Positions 33,691 to 42,705 of a stretch of DNA of 64,000 bases are shown here, piece by piece. The notes below the pieces were generated by a model. The model was given only the letters and a program-made list of their open reading frames with translations. It searched no databases and was not told the DNA's origin. This DNA is from Actinomycetota bacterium. Lineage in GTDB: Bacteria; Actinomycetota; Actinomycetes; S36-B12. Made by a program: the position numbers and the translations under genes. How positions within the stretch are numbered: position 1 is the stretch's first letter; each line of letters opens with the position of its first letter. The stretch is from contig CANFQC010000001.1 in assembly GCA_947449035.1 (NCBI GenBank), positions 65,659-129,658 on the forward strand, in the 5' to 3' direction.

Positions 33691-35349
33691 GTGACGACCT
33701 ACCTCTTCCGAGGCGGATCCATCCGCACGATGGACACCGACAACCCGATTGCCGAAGCTGTGGTCGTCGACGGTGCGACGATCATCTATGTCGGCACCGA
33801 GACTGGGGCGGCAGATCTGCTGCCAGAGAAGTTCGAGGTCATTGATCTCGAAGGAGGCATGCTGCTTCCAGGTTTCATTGATTCGCATGACCATCTCGCC
33901 ACCATGGGCATCGGCAAGCTTGGCGTTGATCTGAGCAAGCTCACCACGATGGAACAAATGCTCGACGCAATCCGGGAATACGTTCACGCAAACCCAGGAC
34001 TCAAGGTCTATCGAGGCTTCGGCTGGATCCCCGCGAGCTTCCCGAATGGCTCACCACGTCGTGAATGGCTCGACGAGATCACCGGCGATACCCCGATGGT
34101 GGTGAATTCCGCCGACTTTCATGACCTGTGGTTCAACACCGCGGCGATGAACGCGGCTGGCATCGACGCATCGACGCCTGATCCTGACGCCAATCAGTAC
34201 TACGTCCGCGACGCAGACGGCACACCGACCGGCCATGCCATCGAGGCCGCTACCTCGTTGCCCATCATGGCTGCGGTCGGAACCTTCACTCTCGAGTGCT
34301 TCCGTGAGGCACAGGCCCTTACCCTCGACCGTGCTCCCTCTTACGGGATCACGACCTATTTCGAGGCAGGTGTCGGCGCAGGCACAACCAGCGCAGATGC
34401 GGAACCTGTGTACGCCGACTTCATCGAGCGCGACAACGACGGAAAACTCGACGTACGCATCGCCGGCACCTACTGGACACGCAGCGAATCAGACGGCATC
34501 GACGAGGTGACCGCAGCGCTCGTTGACTGGAACGGACGTCTGCGTTCGGAGCACGTCACTATTTCTCACTGCAAGATGTGGGCCGACGGCACGCTCTTCA
34601 GCGGGGGGGCACTCTTGCTTCAACCCTCGTGCGGTGCACATCCATCAGTGGGGCGGATGACGTTCAGCGTCGACTACATCGCGGCACAGTTCAAGGCCGT
34701 CCAGGAGGCCGGGTTCGATATGCACGTGCATGTTGATGCCGATGGCTCAGTGCGCACCGTGCTCGACGCGATCGAACGAGTTCAAGCGCAAATCGGTCGC
34801 GGGGAATCGCGGCACGTGATCGCGCATAACAGTCTCGTAGCACCTGAGGACATTCCGCGATTTCGCCAGCTCGGTGTTATCGCGAACTGCACCCCATTGT
34901 GGGGAACCAACTACCACGGCATGTACGCGCAGATTTACACCGACCTGCTCGGCGCCGAGCGTGTCGACGAACGAGTGTTCCCCTACGGAGACCTTGTGCG
35001 CAGTGGTGCTGTAGTTACCTATGGCGCTGACCTTCCAGGCGTTGACGTCGATGAGGTGCCCCCACTGATTCAGATCGAGGCAGCGATCACTCGAAAGCGA
35101 CCTGGCTTTACGGATGACATACCTTTCATCGAGCGCCAGCGAGTGGGCCTCGACGATGCCCTGCGCGCCTACACGATCAACGGTGCCTACCAGCTGCGTA
35201 TGGAGGACCGCATTGGGTCGATCGCGGTCGGCAAGCGGGCAGATCTCGTGGTCCTTGCTCAGGATCTCTATTCCATTTCACCTGAACAGATCCATTCGGT
35301 GCCGGTCCGGCTGACCATGATGGATGGCCGAATCACCTTCGCCGCCTGA
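33691..35349 (+). CDS. amidohydrolase-3 family metal-dependent hydrolase (YtcJ-like)
   Basis: GFIDSHDHL metal motif, HVHVDADG, HNSL and a C-terminal GKRADLVVL motif. Confidence 0.8.
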   Translation: MTTYLFRGGSIRTMDTDNPIAEAVVVDGATIIYVGTETGAADLLPEKFEVIDLEGGMLLPGFIDSHDHLATMGIGKLGVDLSKLTTMEQMLDAIREYVHANPGLKVYRGFGWIPASFPNGSPRREWLDEITGDTPMVVNSADFHDLWFNTAAMNAAGIDASTPDPDANQYYVRDADGTPTGHAIEAATSLPIMAAVGTFTLECFREAQALTLDRAPSYGITTYFEAGVGAGTTSADAEPVYADFIERDNDGKLDVRIAGTYWTRSESDGIDEVTAALVDWNGRLRSEHVTISHCKMWADGTLFSGGALLLQPSCGAHPSVGRMTFSVDYIAAQFKAVQEAGFDMHVHVDADGSVRTVLDAIERVQAQIGRGESRHVIAHNSLVAPEDIPRFRQLGVIANCTPLWGTNYHGMYAQIYTDLLGAERVDERVFPYGDLVRSGAVVTYGADLPGVDVDEVPPLIQIEAAITRKRPGFTDDIPFIERQRVGLDDALRAYTINGAYQLRMEDRIGSIAVGKRADLVVLAQDLYSISPEQIHSVPVRLTMMDGRITFAA

Positions 35350-35385
35350 CCTGCCTCACGGAGCCTCTCTCCTACGATTACGTCC

Positions 35386-36183
35386 ATGTCTACGACTGAC
35401 ACCGCTGTCTCCCGCCGACAGGTGTGGCTTGCGGCCTATACGGCCCGAACCTCGGGCCTGCTTTCCACCCTGGCTCTCGTCTATCTCGTCACGTATTCGA
35501 TTCAGTCCATTTGGCACGACCCCGGTGCCCCCTGGTACTTCTGGCTCGACCTGTTCGGCAAGTTTCTTTGGGTGCTCTTCGCGGTCGACCTCGCCTTCCG
35601 CTATCTCATGACCTCACCGAAGAAGCGCTTCTTCCGTAAGAACTGGCTCGACACGATCACAGTCCTGATCCCTCAACTTCGCTCACTGCGCGCATTACGC
35701 GCATTCACAGGCGGCGGCATCATCTCCACTAAGGGCTTTCTCTCCGGCGGCGCGATTACCTCTGGCATCGTGGCCGTGTTGCTGATCGTGTGGGTCGGCG
35801 GCCTCATGGTTCTCAACGCAGAACGTGGCGCTCCGGGTGCCCAGATCACTACCTTTGGCGATTCCACCTGGTGGGGATTCGAAACCATCACGACGGTTGG
35901 CTACGGGGATTTCGTGCCCGTGACCATGCAGGGCCGCTTTTTCGCGGTGCTGGTGATGTTTGTCGGCATCAGCGTGCTCGGTGTTGTATCCGCGACGTTC
36001 GCCTCCACTTTGGTGAAGAAGGGAAGCGATGGTGCACCCGTACCAGAGTCCCCACAGCAGCACATCCTCGATCAACTTGCTGAACTGAAGTCGATGGTCT
36101 CCGCTCTCGAGGCCCGCATCGATGGCGCGTCATCGATCACAACGATTTCTGCAACTGAAAACCCCCTGCCCAAGAATCCTTAG
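35386..36183 (+). CDS. voltage-sensor-containing K+ channel (compact 6-TM type)
   Basis: Selectivity filter TTVGYGD. S4-like LRSLRALRAF. Confidence 0.85.
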   Translation: MSTTDTAVSRRQVWLAAYTARTSGLLSTLALVYLVTYSIQSIWHDPGAPWYFWLDLFGKFLWVLFAVDLAFRYLMTSPKKRFFRKNWLDTITVLIPQLRSLRALRAFTGGGIISTKGFLSGGAITSGIVAVLLIVWVGGLMVLNAERGAPGAQITTFGDSTWWGFETITTVGYGDFVPVTMQGRFFAVLVMFVGISVLGVVSATFASTLVKKGSDGAPVPESPQQHILDQLAELKSMVSALEARIDGASSITTISATENPLPKNP

Positions 36184-36314
36184 GCCAGCGGCCTGGGCGA
36201 TCACATACCTCTGGGTGTGTGATGTCGAGATAATCGCAAGATCAGACGAATTGCCGACCGCTTGCATGGACCGCGAGGCGAAACAGGGAGAAGCTGAATG
36301 AATGAGGAGGAGCG

Positions 36315-37406
36315 CTAACTTGCGACTATCCACCTCTGAGTCTGTGCGCTGAAGTGAAGGACCCGCATACACACGGCGCCACCAATACCTGAATTCATCC
36401 ATTGCGCCCACGACATGGCCCAGCCGCCGCTCGCTACGCCAGCCCAATCCAAGTCTGGGCGATTGACTGCTGAGCAAGAACTAGTCAGCGCACCGACACC
36501 TTGGAACACATCGGCCGGGGTGAGTCCGGCCGTGCCGGATGATGCAGTAAACGTGAAAGTGACTGAACCGTTACCTCCGACGCCCGACGTGAGGGCGGTG
36601 CCTGCGTTGTTAGCGGAAGTGAATGATGCGGGAGTGGCCGAGTAACTTCCACCTGCCCCGCCGCCGCCAGCGTAGGCACACATGCCCTGCGAGCCGGCAC
36701 CGCCACCGCCGTAGCCCGCGCCTCCGGCACCTCCCGCAGTCGAAACGCCGCCTGTCCCTGCCGAGCTCGCGCCGCCTGCCCCATCAAAACCGTTGCCGCC
36801 AGGATTGCCGCTGCTCGAGCCACCTACTCCGCTCGCTCCGCCACCGCCGGCGTCGAAGGAGACGCAACCGGGGAAACCTGGCGAACCGACCTCGAGAGAC
36901 GAGCCGCCTGAACCGTTGTATCCACCACCTAACACGTCACTTCCGCCACCACCTCCGGCTCCGGCGACAACCGCAACTGTGCCGTCAATCAGAACTGCAC
37001 TGGACCCGCCACCCGCCCCGCCGAAAGCGCCGGCGGGCGAACCGCCCGCGCCATACCCCAGGCCACCGTTACCGGTGCCCATTCCACCACCGCCACCGAC
37101 CCACACGCGCATGGTCTGACCAGCAGTGACGATGGCCGTCGTCGAGACGAGAGCGCCGCTGCCGCCGTTGGCCAAGGTGTCGTTCCTGCCACCACCACCA
37201 CCAGCAACGGAAAGTTGCACGAGCGAAGCGCCAACCGGGACAGTCACGTCCACGAAACTGCCGCCGTTAAAGGCACATGTGACTGAGACGCCGAGTGCCA
37301 GGGCTGGCGAACACGCGGGCGTGGCAGACGCCGGTGTCACGGGCAGTACTGACAGGACCGCGATCGCTGCTGCGACTGTCAGTGACAGGCGAGGGAGGCT
37401 GGTCAT
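36315..37406 (-). CDS. secreted glycine-rich-domain protein (ALK/LTK-type Gly_rich fold, PF12810-like) with a Trp/Cys-containing C-terminal module
   Basis: Signal peptide. Then FNGGSFVDVTVPVGASLVQLSVAGGGGG..GGSGALVSTTAIVTAGQTMRVWVGGGGG and many further GGGG runs. The plus-strand ORFs 36623-37129 and 36793-37119 are shadows. Confidence 0.7.
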   Translation of the reverse strand: MTSLPRLSLTVAAAIAVLSVLPVTPASATPACSPALALGVSVTCAFNGGSFVDVTVPVGASLVQLSVAGGGGGRNDTLANGGSGALVSTTAIVTAGQTMRVWVGGGGGMGTGNGGLGYGAGGSPAGAFGGAGGGSSAVLIDGTVAVVAGAGGGGGSDVLGGGYNGSGGSSLEVGSPGFPGCVSFDAGGGGASGVGGSSSGNPGGNGFDGAGGASSAGTGGVSTAGGAGGAGYGGGGAGSQGMCAYAGGGGAGGSYSATPASFTSANNAGTALTSGVGGNGSVTFTFTASSGTAGLTPADVFQGVGALTSSCSAVNRPDLDWAGVASGGWAMSWAQWMNSGIGGAVCMRVLHFSAQTQRWIVAS

Positions 37407-37547
37407 GACACGAACCTACTTGCCACGTCACTCCCACGTGGGACATACGTGCGGTTCGTCCTCCCCTGGGACACTTATTCATGACGGGATTAGTGAGACC
37501 CGAATAGAACTCAAGAAGCATCGCGTGACAGTACCGGTTGTGGCGAG

Positions 37548-37582
37548 AGTGAGGGCGAGGCGGATTCCGCCTCGCCCTCACT
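37548..37582 (-). terminator. 16-bp perfect hairpin between the G/Q/P/M-rich gene and the Gly-rich gene
   Basis: AGTGAGGGCGAGGCGG-ATT-CCGCCTCGCCCTCACT, 22 nt after the stop at 37605. No clear U-tract (I-shaped, common in actinobacteria). Confidence 0.55.
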
Positions 37583-37604
37583 AGTTCCATCCTTCGAAGC
37601 CGAA

Positions 37605-38240
37605 CTATCCGGCCTGATTGCGCATTCCGCCCACGAGGCCCTTGAGCTGATCGAGGAGTTGCTGCTGATCACTGGTCAGGCCCTTGCCGCTCTGCAACTG
37701 GTTCAGGAAGTCCTGGATTCCTGCGCCGGGGCCTTGCATCATCGGACCGCCTTGCTGCCCTCCCATCACGCCGTTACCCGGGCCCTGCATCATCGGACCT
37801 CCGGGCTGATCGCCCTGCTGGCCGAACGGTGACTGGCCCTGCTGGCCGCCAAACATCGGACCGTCCTGCTGGCCACCACGCTGGCCACCGCCTGACCAGT
37901 TATCTCCATCGGGATCAATACCGCGTTGGCCGTCCATCATCGGACCGCCACCCTGCTGGCCGCCCTGCGGACCACCCGGCTGTCCATTTCGCTCACCCGA
38001 CACGGTCAGCGTTGCCTCGCGTTGATTCTGGCCCTCGTGATTGCCAATTGAGTAGCCGATGACACCTGCACCGAGAATCAGCACTGCACCGACTACAGCG
38101 GAAACTCCGGCAATAACGACGGTGCGCACACCGTTGCTCTTTGCGGGCGCCGCCGCAGGTGTGGTCGCAGTGATGGGAACGCTAGCGGGAGCGGGAACCG
38201 GCTCCTGGGGCGTGGTCATGTCGCTGGTGTTATCGGTCAT
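37605..38240 (-). CDS. single-pass membrane-anchored, intrinsically disordered G/Q/P/M-rich protein with a C-terminal LTxxQ helix
   Basis: TM VVIAGVSAVVGAVLILGAGVIGY. Repeated GGPMMQGPG / GGQQG units. C-terminal LTSDQQQLLDQL. ATG with a GAGGAG SD. Confidence 0.7.
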   Translation of the reverse strand: MTDNTSDMTTPQEPVPAPASVPITATTPAAAPAKSNGVRTVVIAGVSAVVGAVLILGAGVIGYSIGNHEGQNQREATLTVSGERNGQPGGPQGGQQGGGPMMDGQRGIDPDGDNWSGGGQRGGQQDGPMFGGQQGQSPFGQQGDQPGGPMMQGPGNGVMGGQQGGPMMQGPGAGIQDFLNQLQSGKGLTSDQQQLLDQLKGLVGGMRNQAG

Positions 38241-38325
38241 GGTGAGTGCTCCTCGTGGCGGAAGGTCGTGATCTCACTATGACGAACCCAGATCAGCGAA
38301 CGACCCTGCGAGTGTTAAGGGAATG

Positions 38326-40341
38326 TCAGGATGCAGAGACTGCGCAAAAGATTCCGTAGTCATCCGACTTCGGCACGATGGCCCAGCCTCGGGTCGTAGG
38401 GCCGGTCGCAGCGCGGCCTTGCTCCCACAGCACCGAGCCACTCACCAGTCCGTTACCGGTAACCAATCCCGGCTTACTGCCGTCGCACAGATCCGTGGGA
38501 CGGTCGATGACAAGAAGCTGAAGTGACGACTCGCCCGGAAGTGCATTTACCCCTGCAGAATCGACGCTGACGTATCCGGAGGGCACTGGCTCTCCGATCA
38601 GACCCTGATCTATTCCGATTGCAAAGGGGTGCTGAGGATCGGCGGGTGATAGATCGGCCTGCGTCCACGGATCGCTCTCGGGCGCACCGGCGTACACCCA
38701 CGGCGTAGCCACTCCGCCGGCGACCGTGCTGAACACCGGGGGTTCCGCGGGATCATTCGTCAGGCTCGGGGCCAGGGTCAGGTTCGATGACGGAGTCGCG
38801 CCTGCGGCGTCGAGAACCGTGCGCGCAATCTGCCCGGTCGACCGAGGCGCGGTGACGACCTTCGGGCTGGTCTGGTGCGGGTCCTTGACCATCAGCGGCA
38901 CGTGAGCGATTTCGGACCAACGCTGCTCGAGTGTGTCACCGACACGGCGATCGATCTTGGTCGACATGGTGGCGCCGTGGTCGGCTGTGAACACGATCAT
39001 CGTGTTGTCCATCAGGTAGTTCTGTTCGAGATAGTCGAGCAACTGGCCAAGCTGACGATCCATATCGATCGCCGCATTAGCCCAAAGGCGCCGTTCGATC
39101 GACTCGAGCTCTGGCGAGGTGTACAAACCTGCCTTGTCACTGCCGACCATGTGAGCGCCTTCGACGACGGGCAATGTTGCCGGGTAGATCAGTGTGCCCT
39201 CGCGATCCACGGCCCACGGCGCATGCGTGCGAATCGTGTGCCAGAGGGCGAAGAATGGTGCATCGGGGCTTGCCTTACGTACCGAGTCAATTCCGCTGAT
39301 GGCCTTGCCCACCGTGTGACCCTCGGCGTTATCGCCGAACTCATCGCCACCACTCCAGAAGTCGCGCCACTTGCCATCAAGTTCAGGGAAAACGTTGCTG
39401 AACGGCGGGGCTAGAGCAACTCGACCGGCAACAGCCGCGGTGTCCTTTGCGAAGTTCACGAATCGAGTGACTATGCCCGTCTCCTGCTCATTGCCAACAC
39501 TCGCGCAGTCATTCGTGTCGCATTCGAAGTGATAGATAGGTGACTCCATCACCACCGAGTACTCGGAACCCAGACCGGGAACGATGCCAATACCCGCACG
39601 CACCTTGTCCATGCGATCACTTCCGACCTTCGGAACATCAGCAATGCCATTGAGTTGGGCAGGAACGGCGTAGTCGGTGTAGTTGGCTGCTGAGTAGACG
39701 TGGGTGTAAGTGGTGGACACCTTCTGCAGGCGCTGGAGGTTCGGGAACTCTGGCCTAACTGCACCTGCTTGATCCATCACGAGTGGGTACTGCAGCTCAT
39801 CAGAAATCACCCAGACCACGTTCGGCCGCTGAGTATCAGCGCTGAAGGTCAATTCGTTTGCGGTGGACGGAACACCGCCGATGAGGGTGAGCACGAGAGG
39901 CACCGCTGCAGCGCCCGCAGCGAAGAGCATCAGGATCAGGCCCATGGTGATGCGGCGAGAGAGCTCGGTGAGCACGAGTGCCAGCGCAAGCCCGACGAGT
40001 GGTCCGAGTATCGGCGCAGAAGAGAGAAAGGAGCGCGAGAGCAGGTTTCCGAGAAGGAACCACGTCGAGAGCAGCATGATCGTCGACGCCGTGATGTCGA
40101 AGGCGCGAGCACTCGCCTTCCGGCGAATCAGCGTGAAGATACCGAAGAGAATGAGCCAGAGGCCGATGATCGCGATGAGTAGAACGACAAGCCAGGCGAT
40201 CGCCGATACGCCGTGAGCCGCGAAGAACACCTGATTGCTCGCGATCTTCTCATTGGAAGGAATCACGATCACGAGGATGAACGGGGCGAGGATCCACGCG
40301 GCGGTGTCGCGTGCGCTCAGATTGCGCCGTTCGCGGAGCAT
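38326..40341 (-). CDS. LtaS-like membrane-anchored sulfatase / phosphoglycerol-transferase family protein (alkaline-phosphatase superfamily)
   Basis: About 5 N-terminal TM helices, then NVVWVISDELQ and FTADHGA motifs of the sulfatase fold. ATG at 40341 lies 1 nt after the upstream stop. Confidence 0.7.
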   Translation of the reverse strand: MLRERRNLSARDTAAWILAPFILVIVIPSNEKIASNQVFFAAHGVSAIAWLVVLLIAIIGLWLILFGIFTLIRRKASARAFDITASTIMLLSTWFLLGNLLSRSFLSSAPILGPLVGLALALVLTELSRRITMGLILMLFAAGAAAVPLVLTLIGGVPSTANELTFSADTQRPNVVWVISDELQYPLVMDQAGAVRPEFPNLQRLQKVSTTYTHVYSAANYTDYAVPAQLNGIADVPKVGSDRMDKVRAGIGIVPGLGSEYSVVMESPIYHFECDTNDCASVGNEQETGIVTRFVNFAKDTAAVAGRVALAPPFSNVFPELDGKWRDFWSGGDEFGDNAEGHTVGKAISGIDSVRKASPDAPFFALWHTIRTHAPWAVDREGTLIYPATLPVVEGAHMVGSDKAGLYTSPELESIERRLWANAAIDMDRQLGQLLDYLEQNYLMDNTMIVFTADHGATMSTKIDRRVGDTLEQRWSEIAHVPLMVKDPHQTSPKVVTAPRSTGQIARTVLDAAGATPSSNLTLAPSLTNDPAEPPVFSTVAGGVATPWVYAGAPESDPWTQADLSPADPQHPFAIGIDQGLIGEPVPSGYVSVDSAGVNALPGESSLQLLVIDRPTDLCDGSKPGLVTGNGLVSGSVLWEQGRAATGPTTRGWAIVPKSDDYGIFCAVSAS

Positions 40342-40342
40342 G

Positions 40343-41776
40343 TCAGTTCCAGGCGTTGACGACGACGCGGGTGGCCGAGGTGGTTCCGACCTCATCGACG
40401 TGCGCGAAACGTGCGCGCAGGGCATCAAGGAGCGCCGCGGTTGAGTAGTCGCCGCTCCAGTTCGGAATCTGGCTGAGAAGCAGGCGTACCTTCTCGTCAT
40501 CCTCCGTAGCGAACTCGATCTGCACTGGTGCGCCGAAGCGAGCTAGCGCCTCGATCGCGAAGGGCATCGGGGTGCCTTGAGTGATGACGACGTGATGCAG
40601 CACGGCTTGGCAGATCAATGCGGTGGGATGCACGCGTGACAGATAGGAGGCGAACTCAGCATCAAGCAAGCCCGAGGCTGGGCTCAGATTGGTGATGTCT
40701 CCGAGGATCGGCGTAATGCGGCCGGCAAGATCAGCGTTTGTCGAGACTCCGGCGTAGAGCACATCAAGTGCTCCAGCATCGGCGTCCATCACGATGACGT
40801 TGGCGTTGGCGTCGCGCACGAGACGCGATGCCGTGAACCCGTCGTTGCCGCCGACGTCGAGAACCAGGCGCTCGCGACCGGCGAATGCATTGATGAACTC
40901 TGCGGCAAACGCCGACTTACGGGTGAGGTCGCTCTCCTCGTAATGCTCACGCGAGCCGTAACCAACCCAGGTAGTGGCATGAGCCTTGCCATGCAACTTG
41001 GTGATTTGCTTGGCTAGGCGCTTGGTCAGGCCCTTGGTGGCTGACAGTGCGAGATCACGATTCTTATTGGCCTCGCCCGCGAATTGAGTTTCGCTCGGCG
41101 CCTTAGAGGTCGGACGCGTCGTGGCCTGCAGGAGAAGCAGAGAGAAACTGCGTCGCTTGCCCTTCGGAAGGAGCTGGCGAGCCGCATCTGAGCGGAGTCC
41201 GCGGTGACGCGACAGCTGCCATGCATCGGCGGCGGTGACGTGATCTCCGGAGCCAACGGCGAGCGGATTAATGAAGTGCTCGATGAACTGGCGTGACGCA
41301 TTCCATGACGGGTTCGGGCGCCAGGTCTCAACGGAACCAATGTCGATGAAACGCGGATTGAGTCCGTCGAACTGCACGTTGAATGCTGATGCGTCCTTGA
41401 GATCTAGGCCGATGTCGAGCAGACGCATGCGAAGGTTCAAGGTCAGCTGGGCAGCTGACTCGAGCAGCGAGTTCGGCCACTCCCACGGGTAGGTGATGAC
41501 CTCGACCGTATCGACTCGAAAAACTCGGGAGTCCGGCTTCGGTTCGCGGCCTGCACTGTGAGCAAACGCAGCGAGCACACGAGAAGCCTGCTCGCCTTCG
41601 ACCCGGTCGAATGGGACGAGTGAGCCCTCGGCGATCAGGGAGTCGTAGAGCGCAGAATCACGAAGGGTATTTATTGCCGCGGCAGATGCCGGGCTCGCTA
41701 TGCGGTACCAAGTGCCGTCATGAAGGAAGGCAGCGTTCTCGGGATCGCGGAAGCTTGCCGTCGGCTGCGAGCTCAC
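40343..41776 (-). CDS. two-domain protein: N-terminal kinase-like domain plus C-terminal class I SAM-dependent methyltransferase
   Basis: SFRDPENA..ITYPWEWP..LKDASAFNVQF..PRFIDIGS (kinase-like). LVLDVGGNDG (SAM motif I). GTG at 41776 forms a GTGA overlap with the upstream small ORF. Confidence 0.7.
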   Translation of the reverse strand: MSSQPTASFRDPENAAFLHDGTWYRIASPASAAAINTLRDSALYDSLIAEGSLVPFDRVEGEQASRVLAAFAHSAGREPKPDSRVFRVDTVEVITYPWEWPNSLLESAAQLTLNLRMRLLDIGLDLKDASAFNVQFDGLNPRFIDIGSVETWRPNPSWNASRQFIEHFINPLAVGSGDHVTAADAWQLSRHRGLRSDAARQLLPKGKRRSFSLLLLQATTRPTSKAPSETQFAGEANKNRDLALSATKGLTKRLAKQITKLHGKAHATTWVGYGSREHYEESDLTRKSAFAAEFINAFAGRERLVLDVGGNDGFTASRLVRDANANVIVMDADAGALDVLYAGVSTNADLAGRITPILGDITNLSPASGLLDAEFASYLSRVHPTALICQAVLHHVVITQGTPMPFAIEALARFGAPVQIEFATEDDEKVRLLLSQIPNWSGDYSTAALLDALRARFAHVDEVGTTSATRVVVNAWN

Positions 41777-41958
41777 TGCTCGGTCGGGGTCGACTCGGTG
41801 GCTTCCGTGGTCACGGGAGCCGCCTTGGCGGGACCGCGGCCACGGATCTGCGCCCACTTCGAGCGGATGAAGAACCAGATGCCCGCGGCACCGCTGGCGA
41901 TGGCAGCCAGCAGGTAGGAACCCGTTCCGGCGTCGATGTATCCGACGGTCTTCAGCAT
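41773..41958 (-). CDS. 61-aa single-TM protein
   Basis: ATG at 41958 with a GAGGTG SD. MLKTVGYIDAGTGSYLLAAIASGAAGIWFFI, then a basic/Thr-rich tail. Translationally coupled to the downstream methyltransferase. Confidence 0.55.
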   Translation of the reverse strand: MLKTVGYIDAGTGSYLLAAIASGAAGIWFFIRSKWAQIRGRGPAKAAPVTTEATESTPTEQ

Positions 41959-41966
41959 CTGTTCAC

Positions 41967-41994
41967 CTCTTGGTCGAGTGCACGTCACCAAGAG
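41967..41994. repeat. inverted repeat CTCTTGGT-N12-ACCAAGAG centred on GTGCAC
   Basis: Read directly. Lies in the 77-nt divergent region between the envelope operon and the YczE-like gene, abutting the SD of the small ORF. Confidence 0.3.
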
Positions 41995-42035
41995 CGTACA
42001 GGCAGGTGCAGACTGGGCGGGTGCAGTCGTCCCCC

Positions 42036-42674
42036 ATGAGAAGCCCGCGCAGCTGGGGCATCCTCATTCTGGGCACGGTGTGCGCGGGAATCGCGGTGGC
42101 TCTGCTCCTCGATTCCGCCTTCGGGGTGGCCCCGGTTGACGCCGTGTTCTCCGGAATCAGCCGTATGACCGGCATCAGCGTGGGTACCGCCCTCATCGCC
42201 GCCTGCATTGCCCTGGTTCTCGTGGCCTGGGCACTTGGCGTGAAGCCCGGCCTGGGCACGGTGATCTCGTTCTTCGGGATCGGATTGACCGTGGACGCCA
42301 CAACGTGGGTTCTTGAGGCCACGGACTGGAGCGTGACCGACAATTCCTGGCAGCTTCGGCTCCTGGTCTGGTTGCTGGCAGCACCGCTTTTGGGTTTTGC
42401 CGCCGCATGCATGTATTCCAGCGGCTTAGGCGCGAGCCCCTACGACCTATTCGTTCAATCTCTAGGCCGGTTCCACCTCTCTATTCCGGTGGCCAGGGTT
42501 GTCATCGATGCGGCAATGCTGGTGGTTGCCTTCGTGATCGGCGGCGCCTGGGGTCTAGGCACCGTAGGCCTGATGCTCGCCATCCCCCTCTTCCTCAAGC
42601 TCTTCTTGCCACTGGTGGGGCGCTTCGCTCCGCACCAGTCCTTCGAACATCCCTCACGCGTCACGGGTAGTTGA
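42036..42674 (+). CDS. YczE/YitT-like membrane protein
   Basis: 6 TM. G..P.D and GLGTVISFFGIG patterns as in YczE-type proteins. Start uncertain (41970 or 42036). Confidence 0.5.
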   Translation: MRSPRSWGILILGTVCAGIAVALLLDSAFGVAPVDAVFSGISRMTGISVGTALIAACIALVLVAWALGVKPGLGTVISFFGIGLTVDATTWVLEATDWSVTDNSWQLRLLVWLLAAPLLGFAAACMYSSGLGASPYDLFVQSLGRFHLSIPVARVVIDAAMLVVAFVIGGAWGLGTVGLMLAIPLFLKLFLPLVGRFAPHQSFEHPSRVTGS

Positions 42675-42705
42675 CAGTTCAACTAATAATGCGGATACTC
42701 TCATC

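Noticed and set aside
36623-37129. Plus-strand ORFs (168 aa and 108 aa) rich in Arg/Pro/His opposite the Gly-rich gene.
   Set aside because: GGN codon runs on the minus strand automatically give NCC (Pro/Arg-type) open frames on the plus strand. The minus-strand product has a signal peptide and a recognisable Gly_rich core.
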